From assembly GCA_965287045.1 (NCBI GenBank), contig OZ336870.1, positions 132,680,001 to 132,744,000 on the forward strand: a DNA stretch of 64,000 bases, read 5' to 3'. This document shows, piece after piece, positions 1 through 13,484 of the stretch. A program made the translations under genes and the position numbers. This DNA comes from Carcharhinus amblyrhynchos (lineage: Eukaryota). Position 1 is the first letter of the stretch. Every line of letters starts with the position of its first letter. The notes under the pieces were generated by a model, which saw only the letters and a list, made by a program, of their open reading frames with translations, had not been told where the DNA came from and searched no databases.

Positions 1-1598
1 TGCGGGCAAGCCAGTTCTGGATCCACAAGGCAACAGCCCCTTGGATCCCGTGCCCCCTCACTTTCTCAAGAAGTCTTGCATGGGGGACCTTATCGAACGC
101 CTTGCTAAAGTCCATATAACCCACATCTATCGCTCTTCCTTCGTCAATGTGTTTAGTCACATTTTCAAAGAACTCAACCAGGCTCGTAAGGCCTTTGACA
201 AAGCCGTGCTGTCTACTATTGAGCATACTAAACTTCTCTAAATGTTCATAAATCCTGTCCCTCAGAATCTTCTCCATCAACTTACCAACCATTGAGATTA
301 GACTCACTGGTCAGTAATTTCCTGGGCTATCCCTATTCCCTTTCTTGAATATAGGAACCACATCCGCAATCCTCCAGAACCTCTCCCATCTCCATCGACG
401 ATGCAAAGATCATCGCCAGAGGTTCTGCAATCTCTTCCCTTGCCTCCCACAGTAACCTGGGATGCATCCCATCCAGTCCCAGCGACTTATCTATCTTGAT
501 GCTATTCAAAATTTCTAACACATCCTCTTTCTTAATGTCCACATATTCAATCTTTTCAGTCCGCCACAAGCCTACAGTACAATCACCCAGATCTTTTTCA
601 ACTGTGAATACTGAGGTAAAGTATTCGTTAAGCACTTCAGCTGTTTCTACTGGTTCTGTACAAACTTTCCCACCTTCACATTTTATAGTTTCTATTCCTT
701 CACATCTCATCCTTTTACTCTTCACATATTTGTAGAACGCCTTAGGATTCTCCTTAATCTTACCTGCCAAGGCCTTCTCATGACCCCTTCTGGCTCTCCT
801 AATTTCCTTCTCAAGTTCCTTCCTACAAGCCGTATACTCCTCTAGATCCCTAACATCTCCTAGCTGTCTGAACCTTTTGTACGCTTTTCCTTTTGACTAG
901 ATTCGTTACAACTTTCGTGCACCACGGTTCCTGTGACGTACCAAAACCTCCCTGTCTCATCGGAACGTTGTCGTGCAGAACTCTAGACAAACATTCCTTG
1001 AAAATCTGCCGCCTTACTTTGGTATTTTTTCCCGAGAGCAACACCTTCCAATTTACTCGTCTAATTTCCTGCCTGATGGGTTCATATTTCCCCTTACTCC
1101 AGGTAAACACTTTCCTAACTCGCCTGATCCTATCTCTTTCCAATGCTAGCGTAAAGTAGATAGAGTTATGATCACTATCCCCAAGATGTTCTCCCACTGA
1201 GAGAACCGACAGCTGTCCAGATTCATTAGCCAGTACCAGATCAAATACAGCTTCTCCTCTTGTAGGCTTATCCACATACTGTGTCAGGAAACCCTCCTGA
1301 ACGCACCTAACAAACTCCTCCCCATCCAAACCCCTTACCCTAGGGATATTCCAATCGATGTTTGGGAAATTAAAGTCTCCCATCACGACAACTCTGTTAT
1401 TACTACATCTCTCCAGGATCTGTTTCCCTATCTGCTCCTCGACATCCCTGTTACTATTGGGTGGCCTATAGAAAACACCCAGCAAAGTTATCAACTCCTT
1501 CCTGTTCTGAACTTCCACCCACAGAGACTCCGTAGACAATCCCTCCACGGCCTCCGCCTTCTCTATAGCCGTGACACTATCCCTAATCGAGAGTGCCG

Positions 1599-1676
<78 letters not shown>

Positions 1677-2140
1677 CCGCCCGTCCTTGCCTCGTTCCCT
1701 CCCTGTCCTTTCTGAAACCCGGCACCTGAAGTATCCAGTCCTGTCCCTGAGACATCTAAGTCTCTGTAATGGCCACCACATCACATTCCCAAGCAGCGAT
1801 CCACGCTCTAAGCTCATCCACTTTATTCACCACACTCCTGGCGTTAAAATAGACCTATCTCCAACCTTCGGTCTGAGTGCTCCCCTTCCCCATCACCTGG
1901 CTATCCTCCCTCTTACACTCTCTACAATCCTTCTCTATTTGCGAGCAAACCTCCTCGCTCCCAGTTACCTCATCTCAATCTCTCCCCCCCCCCCCCCCCC
2001 CCCCCAACCTTTCTAGTTTAAAGTCTCCCCAGTAGCCTTAGCTAACCTTCCTGCCAGGATATTGGTCCCCTTGGCCTTCAAATGCCACCCATCTTTTTTG
2101 TACAGGTCACACCTGCCCCAAAAGAGTCCCCAATGATCCT
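1..2140 (-). mobile_element. CR1 LINE, decayed (ORF1 C-terminus, APE endonuclease and start of RT), running off the window start
   Basis: ORF 850-1755 has APE motifs (GVFYRPPN, VMGDFNFPNIDW, LGDSDHN). ORF 333-770 has CR1 ORF2 motifs (KENPKAFYKYV, LNEYFTSVFT). Frameshifted. Confidence 0.93.
1600..1675. repeat. (CA)n microsatellite inside the CR1 endonuclease region
   Basis: Pure CA run of about 75 bp. Confidence 0.98.
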
Positions 2141-2280
2141 ATTTGGTAAGACTATGGCTAATCCAGTTGTGGCTGCCTCTTTCCTATCTTCTCCCTATAC
2201 TCCGTGACTCCCTTGTCGTTAATCACTCTGCCTCAGCTGCTCCCTGGAGTAGAAGATTCCATAGATCATAAAACCTTGGT

Positions 2281-2892
2281 TAAGAACATAAGAAGAACAT
2301 AAGAACATAAGAAATAGGAAATAGGAGCAGGAGTAGGCCATCCAGCCCTTCGAGCCTGCCCCGCCATTCAATAAGATCATGGCTGATCTGTCGCTGCTCA
2401 GTTCCACTTTCCCGCCCTCTCCCCATAACCCTTAATCCCCTCTCCTATCAAAAACCCATCAATCCGTGTCTTAAAAATATTTAGCGAGGCAGCCTCCACC
2501 ACTTCAACGGGCAGAGAATTCCAGAGATTCACCACCCTTTGAGTGAAGAAGTTCCTCCTCAACTCTGTTCTAAACCGCCCCCCTTTTATCTTGAGGCTGT
2601 GCCCCCTAGTCCTATTGTCTTTTTTGAGCGGGAAGAGTCTTTCCACCTCTATCCTATCCATCCCATTCATCATCTTATACGTCTCAATGAGATCTCCTCT
2701 CATTCTTCTAAACTCTAACGAGTACAAGCCCAGTTTATTCAGCCTCTCCTCATAGCTCAACCCCCTCAACTCCGGTATCAGCCTAGTAAACCTCCTCTGC
2801 ACTCCCTCCAAGGCCAAAATATCTTTGCGCAGGTGCGGCGCCCAAAAATGCACACAGTACTCCAGTTGCGGCCTCACCAATGCCCTATACAG
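2281..2892 (-). mobile_element. CR1 LINE 3' end, young subfamily, copy 1
   Basis: Open ORF2 C-terminus (VRPQLEYC...FFTQRVVNLWNSLP) and a (taagaaca)n tail. Confidence 0.95.
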
Positions 2893-3425
2893 TTAAGCCG
2901 CATTTGGAGTATTGCACCACACTACCAGAAGGAAGTGGAAGCTTTGGAGAGAGTGCAAAGAAGGTTCACCAGGATGTTGCCTAGTCTCGAGAGTGGCTGT
3001 GAGGAGAGGTTTAAACTAGGATTGTTTTCACTGGAAAGATGGAGGCTGAGGGGAGACCTGATAGAGGTCTACAAAATTATCAAAGGCATAGACAGGGTGG
3101 ATAGTCAGAGACTTTTTCCAAGGGTGATAGTGTCAATTACAAGGGGGCACAGGTTCAAGGTGAGACGGGGAAAGTTTGAGAGAGATGTGCAGGAGAAGTT
3201 TTTCATTCAGAGAGTGGTGGGTGCCTGACATGTGCTGCCAGAGGAGGTAATGGAAGCAGGCACATTAGCAACATTTAAGAAACATCTGGACAGGTACATA
3301 AGTGGGGAGGAAATTGAGGGATATGGACCGAGTAAGGGCAGAAGGTTTTCTTTTAGTTTAGTTAGGGCATCATGATCAGAGGGCTGAAGGGCCTGTTCCT
3401 ATGTTGTACTTTTCTTTGTTCTTTG
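2892..3425 (+). mobile_element. CR1 LINE 3' end, different subfamily, opposite orientation
   Basis: LERVQRRFTRMLP...RLRGDLIEVYKI...FFIQRVVGAW, then the 3' UTR hairpin gggctgaagggcctgtt and a (ttctttg)n tail. Confidence 0.92.
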
Positions 3426-3589
3426 TAGATTAACATCCTGACACAAATGGCTTTATTATGTGAGGTATTTATTTTTATAGTGGACAAGCAGTTGGAAAAT
3501 TTATTAATGCCTCTAATATGCTCTGCTGTCTGAGACCTGCAAGATTTGAGCCCTGCACTTAAGCTTTCAGTAAGTGGTATGTGCTGCTA

Positions 3590-4350
3590 TGAGGAGTAAA
3601 CACAGTAAAAAGTCTGACAACACCAGGTTTTAGTCCAACCGATTTATTTGATAGTAAACGCACAAGCTTTCGAGGTTTCCCTCTTCGTCGGGTGAATGGA
3701 GAGTTCTGGCCTCAGACAGAGCATATAAAGCACAGACAGTTTAGAGATCACTGATTAGAATGCGAATCTTTACACCTAACCTGCTGTTCAAGTCCTAAAG
3801 TGGCCGACAATGTGAGTGGAAGGAGCACTGATCACAGGTTACAGAGATGTGTATTGTCTCCAGACAGCACAGTGAGTGAGGTTTTACAAACCCAGGCAAG
3901 TCATGGGGGTTACAGATAGTGTGACATGAACCCAAGATCCCTGTTGAGACCGTCCTCGTGTGCGGAACTTGGCTATCAGTCTCTGCTCAGTGACTCTGTG
4001 CTGTCATGTGTCATGAAGGCCGCCTTGGAGAACACTTACCCGAAGGTCAGAGGCTGAATGCCCATGACCACTGAAGTGTTCGCCAACAGGAAGGGAACAG
4101 TCTTGCCTGGAGATTGTCGAGCGATGTTCATTCATCCATTGTCGTAGCGTCTGCATTGTCTCCCCAATGTACCGTGCTTCGGGACATCCTTTCTTGCAAC
4201 GTATCAGGTAGACAATGTTGGCCGAGTTGCAAGAGTACTTACCGTTAACCTGGTGGATGGTATTCTCACGCGTGATGATGGTATCCATGTCGATGATCCA
4301 GCATGTCTTGCAGAGTTGCTGTGGCAAGGTTGTGTGGCGTTGTGGTCACT
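3590..4350 (-). mobile_element. Penelope-like element 3' part: GIY-YIG endonuclease and terminal repeat with hammerhead motif
   Basis: ORF 4004-4327 contains NIVYLIRCKKGCPEARYIGET...R..EHR (PLE GIY-YIG). Terminal sequence at 3604-3700 is shared with the hairpin at 28968. Confidence 0.9.
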
Positions 4351-4984
4351 TGTACCTTTACAAATTGGAATGTTAGTTTCAAGACTGTTGTACTAAAAAA
4401 GAATGTAATGCAATAGTTGAGACCACAAACACTCCTGATAGCACAGTGGTAAATGTACCTCTTATTGCGATATCAAGAAATAAAGAGTAGAATCGCCCAA
4501 TTTTGATTCCTAGTGCTGAATTATCTAATTTTAGCTGAAGTAGAAAGTTAAGCAGTTCGGTTTGTTTCATTGTCCTTGGGCTACAGGAAAGAAAATTCAA
4601 TAATAACTTGTCTCAAGACATTTTACGGAAGTACAATCAGATAAATGAGCGTTCAGATTAGCAGAGGGCGCCTAAATCCTTGATGTGTTTTAAGGAAGGT
4701 AGCAGAGACATTGTGACTTTCACAGAAAAGGGGAAAATTGGCAACTTTTGAAATTGCACAATTGGTTCATCAGTAACGAAGGAAAATCAAATGAAGACTT
4801 TCAATGAGAATTTGTGTCACAATATTTTGAGTGGTTAATTAATGTGTTTTTTGGCAGCATTGTTACCTTTTTTTTGAGCACTCTGGGCCAAGATCATGCA
4901 ATGTCTCAACCTTTTTTGTAGTTAATGTCAAGTCATGTTTTTTTCTGCTCCAGAAAATGTGACGCCAAATTATCAAGTGAGTTC

Positions 4985-5117
4985 TCCCAAAGAATAACAT
5001 TCGACTCAAAATGTTAACTGTTTATCTCTGCATTGAGACTGCCAGAGCTATGGACCTTTTCTAGCACTTGTTGTTTGTATTTCGGATCTTTAGCATCTGC
5101 AATATTTTGCTTTTATT
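4985..5117 (+). mobile_element. Short decayed Penelope-type terminal fragment
   Basis: ...aaaatgttaactg...agcatctgcaatattttgctttt; related copies at about 8635-8740, 14265-14362, 21760-21835 and 26980-27110. Confidence 0.55.
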
Positions 5118-8099
5118 GAGTGAATCACCTGGGTTGCTTTTGCGCACACAGGTTGGTCATGAATTAAATATGGAGGAATAAGCATGTTTGCTCTCCTGAC
5201 TAGCAAGGAAGCAAAAAATGCTGTTTGTGGAAAATTTAGAATGAGTTGGAAATATGTCCACAAACTAAATGTTTAGTGGTGTAAATATATATATGCATCT
5301 TTAGTTGACAAAGAATCTTCAGAATTTGAGTCTCAGCATGAGCAACTCATATCAAGGTCACTGGCTTAAGTTTCCTTGGTAAAATGGGCAGAATTGTAGC
5401 TTCAGTTTTCAAGACAGTAGTTAAAAATAATTTTGACTTGGTTTCTGGAATCAAATGGCACTCTTGCAATTATTATTGGATAGATAGAGTGTGGAATTAA
5501 CTTCCAAAACCCAGAAAAATTCCAGAATCTTGTGTATAGAGAAATGCAATTTGAGTCGAGTCAGTGAAATTATTTCTCCTGCCCTATTTATTCTATTAAA
5601 TTATTTTTTAAATTGTGATGTGTAACTATTCGGACCTATCTATGTCAGTACAAAATTAAATAGGGTAAAGATGAACCAGATTTGTGTAGCTCTATGTTGA
5701 ACAAAAACTCCCCTTCAAAAGGGATTGACTGTATTTGTGTTGTGGTTTCATGGGTAAAAAGTGAGGCCAATTATTCATTTTTTCCTTTATTAGTAGTGAT
5801 GGGAATTGTTGTTACTTTCAGCCACTATGAATATCTTTCTTCAACCGAGGAGAACAGGAAAATAGATTTAGGAACTACATTTATTTGGGCACAGTGAATG
5901 TTTCTTGTTTGTTGTACACATCACAATAAGAGATTTTTATTTTGAGAACTGGATTTTTTTTTGCATTTTTGGTGCCCATTGCCAGAAGTATTCCCAGATC
6001 AGCTACAGGCTGGTTAGATACAAAGAAGAAATTCCGTGATGCTTGAATATTGTATCTTAGCCTTCAACCTAACAAAGGCACAGCATCAGTGTGACATTTA
6101 TCACTTTCCACATTTGGCACTGATGTAGCCAATACTACTGAAATAATATCGCTTTCTTTTGGAAACCTTTGTTCACCAAGGCTTGAGACAACTCTGTCTC
6201 ATTTCATGTATTTAAAGAATTGGGACTTTCAGTTGCTTCTTGGAAAATTTTTAAATATTCTGAAGTGATTTTATATTTGTTGGTGTATTATCAACAGAGC
6301 AGAGAAACACAAATACCAAATCAGTTATTATATCTTTATTTGATAGCAGATGCTACATGGGATTGAATCAGATTCTCTAGCATAGTAACACATTGAAAAA
6401 TAACATGATTTGGTAAATCTGATTTTCAAGCATAAATCAGTATGGGCTGAAAATCTAAATTTTGAATTCATAGAACCCTATGTAAATTTGGTCCTCTAAC
6501 TTGGAATTCAGTAATTTATTACAACAATCTATTTTCTCAATTATATAGCTTATTGATTAGTTCTGGACAATTCAGTTGGCAATATTGTGTACTTACAGAA
6601 TTGTAGTATCTTTATGCAATTTTTGTATAGTATTCTTCTAGTTATTTTATGAATCAGGGTTTTGCGCATCCATGCTATATGCAAGAGTTGTAGATATACA
6701 CCATGTTAAATGATCATTTTCCATGATAACTTGGACACAACATTTATTTTGTGCACTAAAACTTCCGCTTTATTCAGCGTTTGATTAATTCAACCTTGAA
6801 TTAATGATTAACATTAGAAATTGAATGTTTTAATAATAGGTGGAGATGCATGTTTCTATTTTATAGGGTTTAATTTATTTTCAAAGAAAATGTGCCTATT
6901 TTAACTTGTAGACTCTTCTTTTTTTCTTTCATTTAATTTTTTTTGGATAGCTATCTTTCTCTGAGTATTATGTTTTTAAACTGCATTTAAACTTTATATT
7001 TTCCAATAATGAATTTGACGGTCAGCTGAAGTATTTCAAAAGTCATATTTCTTTCAAAGCATGAGTTAAGTACTTTAATTTTTACTAAAACAAGCTATAA
7101 GCTGTTCATATGTTGAAAGTTCTCCCATTGAAGTTTTAAATTCTAACATTTACTTAACCTTCAGCTGAAATGGAAAGCAGCCTGTCCCTAGTGTAATGCC
7201 ACACATTATTAAAGGTAAAAGCTATCATTAGTTATAATACTTAATTTTGTAGTGGGTGTGAATGACATATTTCCTGGCTGGGGTATTTTTGTTCATTGCA
7301 TAAAAAAATGAAGCTAAGGTTCCATGAAGAGCAGGAAAACTAGTAAAGAGTGATGCATTTTCCAGAGACTCTGTACTACCGATTGGATCATGATTGATGG
7401 CAATCATTTATCTTTGTCAAAGAGAAAAAAAATTCTGACAATGAAATCACAATGTCATCAAACTTCCTAAAATGATCAAAGCACATTGTAGGCAAACATT
7501 TTCTGGATTATCTTGACTGGAGAGATTTAAGCAAAATTAATGATGAGTTTCTTTTAATTGGAATAATTATGAGTATGTAATACTGTGCATTAATACTTTT
7601 GTTCATTTGTGATCTATTTAATATTGTTTTGAAAATTATTTTTTAAGATTACATGCAAAATATGCTGTTGAATTGGCTGGTATTAAAAAAAACACTTAAC
7701 ACCAGTGATATTTATTCTGCTGTTTGTCATTTAGTGTTCAAGATTATGTAAATACCAGATCATGTAATGTACAAGTGTGCCCAGTAAAGTGACAAATGCT
7801 TAATTTTAATCTATGATGGAGTTATGAACTGCAATACTTGATTAAAAATAGTCTGCAGTTTTTATGTCCATAACCTGTTATTGTCTATAGCATGCCTTTT
7901 TACCATTCTTAACATATATGAATTGGATCTCTACTGTTGGAAAACGATTAATTATTCTAAAATGGAAGATAACTTTAACTATTTGAACCTGGATGGTTTA
8001 TAGATATTATATTAGTATGTGTTCAATAAGTCATTTTAAAATATTGCCTCCTATTGCATTTATTTTATCAGAATTTATCTAAGAATGCTGAAAGTATAT

Positions 8100-8290
8100 T
8101 CACCAGTGGTGAAGCAATTAAAATGGGGGGTGATGAAGACTGTGGAATTAAAGGACTGGAGATATTTTGAGGAGTTGTGAGGCTAGAAGAGATTAAAGAG
8201 ATATGGAGAGAGTAGGCCATGGGGGGATTTGAAAGTAAGGATGGATATTTGAAAATTGAGGCATTGTTTAACCAGGAACAATGTATCTCT
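8100..8290 (-). mobile_element. L2 LINE 3' fragment
   Basis: Minus-strand translation FKISILTFKSPHGLLSPYLFNL resembles the L2 ORF2 C-terminus. Confidence 0.65.
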
Positions 8291-8829
8291 TGTACAAACA
8301 GCTTTATCCTGAAAATTGTCAATAAATTTGCAGCACCACTCAAGGGCAAAGCCTGACCCCTGCTTGTTACCAGGGTAAAACAGTGTAAACTTGGAGACAA
8401 TGCACGCTAATCTCACTATATGTTGTGGAATTGAATTTATTAAATAGTGCATTATGTGAACTAACATAAGAAGAATGTCTCTCTAACTTGATGTGGTCTT
8501 CACATGATCTTAATTCAGGCTATGTGATTGACTCTAATATCCTTTGAAATGGCCTAGTAAGCAATTGTTAGATGCAGTAAGGTTATAATTGGAGAAAAGA
8601 AAAACAGAGCTAGTTTATGCAGGGAAAGTCAAATAAAAGCAAAATATTGCAGATGCTTGAAACCTGAAATAAAAACAGAAAATGGACAAACTCAGCATGC
8701 CTGGCAGCACTTATGGCAAGCGAAATACAGTGACAGGTTGGCAAACAGTTTATGCAATAATGCCTGATGAGAAAGTAAACCTTGAGCAAGCACTTTTTAC
8801 TTCCCTTCCCTCACTTATATATGTAATCA

Positions 8830-10520
8830 AACTTGAGTTTTCTCTTTGCCTTCCCTGACAACCCGTTTCATTCGCAAATGTCCTTTGGGAAGAGGAAAAC
8901 CACCATCCTTAGCTGGTTTTGCTGACATCTGATTCCAGACTGACAGCAATTTGGTTATTCTCTTGCATGCGCCCTGAAATGGCCAAATAAGCCACTTAAT
9001 TGTACCAAACTGCCATGGAGTCAAAAATAAATGAAACCGGAAGTTCATCCAGCATTGACCAAGACACCAAAAATGACAATGGCACACCCATCCCCATCCA
9101 TCCTGCAAATTTCTCCTTACTAACTTCTGGATACTTATGCCAAAATTTAGAGAGAAGTTCCACAGATCAGTCTAGCAAAGCCTGACACAGACATACTCAC
9201 TGAATTATACCTTACAGACAATGCCAGACATCACCACCTCTTGCTCCAGCAGCAAGACAGACCCACCAGAGGTGGCAGCACAGTGGTTTACAGTTGTGGG
9301 GGAGTTGCCCTGGTAGTCCACAACGTTGACTCTGAAAGCTATGAAGTTTCATAGCATCAAGTCAAACATGAATAAGGAGACCATCCCACCCCACTCCATC
9401 TGATGAATCCATATTCCTCCATGCTGAACACTATTTGGAAAAGTACTGACGGTGGCAAAGGCACAGAATGTACTATGGTGTGGGATTAAACTACCTATGA
9501 ACAAACAGTGACTGGGTAGTATCACTGCTGTCAGAGCTGGCTGAATCCTGAAGGACATTGCTAGAAGACAAAAGAGAGAACCTACTTGACCTCACCCTCA
9601 CCAATCTACCTGTTTAAATGTATCTGCCCATACCGTTCATGGTAGGAGTGACTACCACATAGAACCGCAGCATCCCTACAGTGCAGAAAGTGACCATTCG
9701 GCCCATCAAGTCTGCACCGACTTCTGAAATAACCAGACTCACCACCCTGCCCTATGCCCGTAACCTGCACATTTACCATGGCTACTCCGCCTAACATACA
9801 TTTTAGGATACTAACGGACAAATTAGCATGGCCAGTCCACCTAACCTGCACATCTTTGGACTGAGAGAGGAAACTGGAGCAACCCATGTAGTCACAGGGA
9901 GAACGTGCAAACTCCACACAGTCACCCCATGCCAGAATCTAACCTAGTTCCCTGGATGTATGAAGCAGCAGTGCCAACTACTGTGCCACCTGTACTTGTG
10001 CAGAAAAGTTCCATCTTAACATGGAGGATACCGTCCTTCATGTTGTGTAGCATGTCTACCTTGCTGAATGGGATAGATTTGGATAGATCTAACAGCTCAA
10101 AGCTGGGCATCCATGTTATGGGCCACAAGCAGCAATAGAGTTATATTCAACTGCAATATGTAACCTCATGGCCCGTTCCTCATGCTACTATTACCATCAA
10201 GCCAAGAGATGAACTCTGGTTCAATGAAGAATTCAGGAGGCCATGTCAGGATCATACTCAAAAAATGAGATGACAATCTGATGATGCTACAAAACAGGGC
10301 AACTTGTATGCTAAAAGATATAAGTAGCATGCAGTAGAGGGAGCTTAGCAACTCCACAACCAATGGATCAGATCAAAACTCTGCAGTCCTGTCATGTACA
10401 GTCATGAATGGTGATGGACAATTAAACAACTTGGGAGGAGCCCTCATTGATATACCCATACACAATGTTAGGGCTACCCAACGTATAATTGAAACATGCT
10501 GAAAGGTATTCTTAACCATC
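8830..10520 (+). mobile_element. Old LINE 5' part with APE endonuclease remnants (clade not determined), interrupted by a SINE
   Basis: Degenerate APE motifs PDxxILTExYL (~9181-9215), QDRPTRGG (~9252-9275) and NLLDLxLTN (~9579-9605); many disablements. Confidence 0.6.
9658..9990 (-). mobile_element. HE1-type V-SINE (tRNA-derived)
   Basis: Reverse complement of ggtggcacagtagttggcactgctgcttca...gtgtggagtttgcacgttctcc (V-domain), with a CR1-like tail. Confidence 0.88.
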
Positions 10521-11649
10521 CCAAATTGCCCACAACTCATTCACTTCCAGTTTAAGTGGCAGCCAGAGGGACAGGTGACCAATTCACATTTTGTTTGGTC
10601 TCTAAACTAAAGAAACTTAACCCAAGTGAGCGACTGCTGGATCAATGCCACTGTGTTTACTTGCTGGATCCAGCATGCCTAGTTGGCCAACACACTACCA
10701 TCACAATCCACCCATGATCTCACCAGTAAGTCCGCTGACTTCCTACTCCAGGCCTCCAATCCCCTTCTGAGATTTCCAACCATTCCCACCTCATACCTAC
10801 AGGATTCTCCAGGTTCAAATCTCTGAACCCAAACCTCCCCTCCCCACCCCTCTTGCCACCCTCAAGTTTAGACGGGAATCTGGGCTCCACATGGTCCTGG
10901 TTGAGTGGATAACCAAGTAAGGGTTATCAGGGAAGGATGAAATAGTGGCTAGCAGTATGTGGAAGGGATAGTGTAGACTGCCTGTTTTCAGGGTAACCTT
11001 AAAAATGGCACCCAGACCTTTGACTCCATAAGTAATGGTAGGGGCATGACTTCCTGCTTGACCTGTCTGCGAGAATTGTTGAGTTCCTTGTGAAAGAGCT
11101 GAACAGCATAAGATTGTTCGTAGTTGACCATCCAGTTCCCCAGCCAAAATCACATCACATTGCACCTACCACTGAACTTAGACTCCAAAATTCTGGTCCA
11201 TTTGGCTTCAGAATTAAGGTTCTGGCCCATGTCTGTGACGCCATGTGCGTGTGGGCCATCTATCTTATAGGTTCCTCACATTCAACCTGCATCCCCACTC
11301 CCAGTGGGTTAGCAAAGTCAAAACCAAGAATATAAAACAGTATGAACTAGATTTCAATCCAATACCGAAAGGGGAATAAAGATTGGGAAAGTCAGAAGGA
11401 TGGAGAGAGAGTTAAATGTGATTGACAAGTAATTTTGTATTTCCGACCTTAATTAATTTCTTAAGCAATGATGTCCCACATTTTCAAATAAAATTTTCAG
11501 GATCAATCACATCTGTTTGGCCCTGAGAGTTGCTGTTTGGCAGGAACTATCATCTATCACACTGCTTAAAAATTTACATTTCTGAATGCACTACCTCAAA
11601 CTTTTATGACATCCTTTGTGGGGGACTAGTGGGCAAGGACCTCAAGTTT

Positions 11650-12706
11650 AGATCATTGTGCATGGGATTACTGGTAGTGTCTTTAGACGGATCGAAAGTT
11701 GGTTAGCAGATAGGAAGCACAGAGCTGGTATAAATGGGCATTTTTCCAATTGGCCAGCAATGACTAATGGGGTACCATAGGGATCTGTGCTAGGACCCCA
11801 ACTGTTGACACCTTGTTATTGATTTGGAAGAGGGAACTAAATATCTTTTTTCCAAGTGTGTAGATGTTGCAAAGTTGGGTGGGAAGGTGAGCTGTGAGGA
11901 GGATGCAGAGACGCTTTAGCATGATTTGGGCAGGCTGAGTGAGTGGACATATGCATGGGAGATATATGTGAGGTTATCTACTTCGGTTGCAAATATAGGA
12001 AGGCAGATTGTTATTTGAATGGGTATAAATTGAGAGAGGTGGATACTCAGCGAGACCTTAGTGTCCTTGTGCATCTATCACGCAAAGCACACAGGAACAG
12101 CAGGAATAAAGAAGGCAAATAGTATATTGGCCTTCACAGCAAAAAGATTTGATTTTAGGAATGTTTTACTACAATTGGCTAGGGTATTGGTGAGGCCACA
12201 TCTGGAGTATTGTGTGCAGTTTTGGTGTCCTTATCTGAGGAAGGATGTTCTTGCTATAAATGAAGTGCTACAAAGGTTCACCAGGCTAAATCCTGGGATG
12301 GCAGGTCGCTCAGATGAGGAGAGACTGAGTCAGTTAGGATTGGATTCATTTCAGTTTAGAAGAGTGAGGGGGGCTCTCATGGAAACTTATAAAATTCAGA
12401 AAGAATGTTTCCAGTTGTGGGCGAGTCCAGAATTAGGGTCATAGTTTAAGGATAAAGGGTAAACCTTTTAGGACTGAGGTGAGGAGAGATTTCTTCACAG
12501 ATACAGTGGTGAATCTGTGAAATTCACTGCCACAAATTAATTGAAGCCAAAACATGGAGTGATTTCAAGAAAAAATTAGATATAGCTCTTGGAGTTAAAG
12601 GGATATGGGAACAAAACAGAATCAGAAAATTGAATTTGATGATCAGCCATGATTAAATGAATGGCAGAGAAGGGTCAAATGGCCAACTCCTTCTATTTTC
12701 TGTATT
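11650..12706 (+). mobile_element. CR1 LINE 3' ~1 kb, decayed
   Basis: RT motif remnants (GVPxGSVLGP, ~11770-11800), LVRPHLEYCVQFW, and the 3' UTR gatcagccatgat...aatggc. Confidence 0.9.
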
Positions 12707-13484
12707 TCAATTGCCTGTACTTTTGTGCCGAATCTACCAACGAGGACTATTAACAGCACAATTTGGGTTTTCCACATTAAAGTGCATGAGTGGATGTCAG
12801 AATTTGCCGTCCAATTTTTACAGTTAACAGAGATCACTTTGAGCCCCACCGTTATCATAACGCTTGTTTGACCCATTAATTTTTCTAGGTTATTTAGACA
12901 GTTGCATCTTAATGGAATGCAGCAAACATTGTCAAACATTAAGAGCACAGTGGGTCTCTTGACACAACCTGTTAAGTGCTGCAATGTTAGTAGTCAATGG
13001 ATCTTACTGCAGATACTTATTAAAAACCTTTCTTCATGTCCTATTATAGGACTTGTCACTGGGACTGCAATGTAAATTTACTTGTTCTCGGTTATTAGCA
13101 GGAGCTCTGTGCAGGCGATGTGATGTTCATATGCAAGAGATATGTGCTATATTTACAGATTGTGAAGTTTTTGGGCTATTTTGTTATGCAAAACATTAAT
13201 TATTTTAAGCAAAGCCTAAATGTTGCCAAAAAAATCAAAAGTTATTAACCAAAGAGATATGTGCAACCAGTATATGCAATACTGCTTAAAAATACTGAAT
13301 GAAATTGAATAAAAACGCTTTCTAAATCCTCTGGCTTATTAAACATTCCTTTTACTGTATTTAGCATTTGTGTATTGTCTTTTTCAGTATTAATAATATG
13401 ACAGTCTTAGTTCAGATTATTGCCTAACTGAAATTCAAAACTGTTAAGAGCGTGTTATGTTACTTCAATTAATTTGCATTTATT

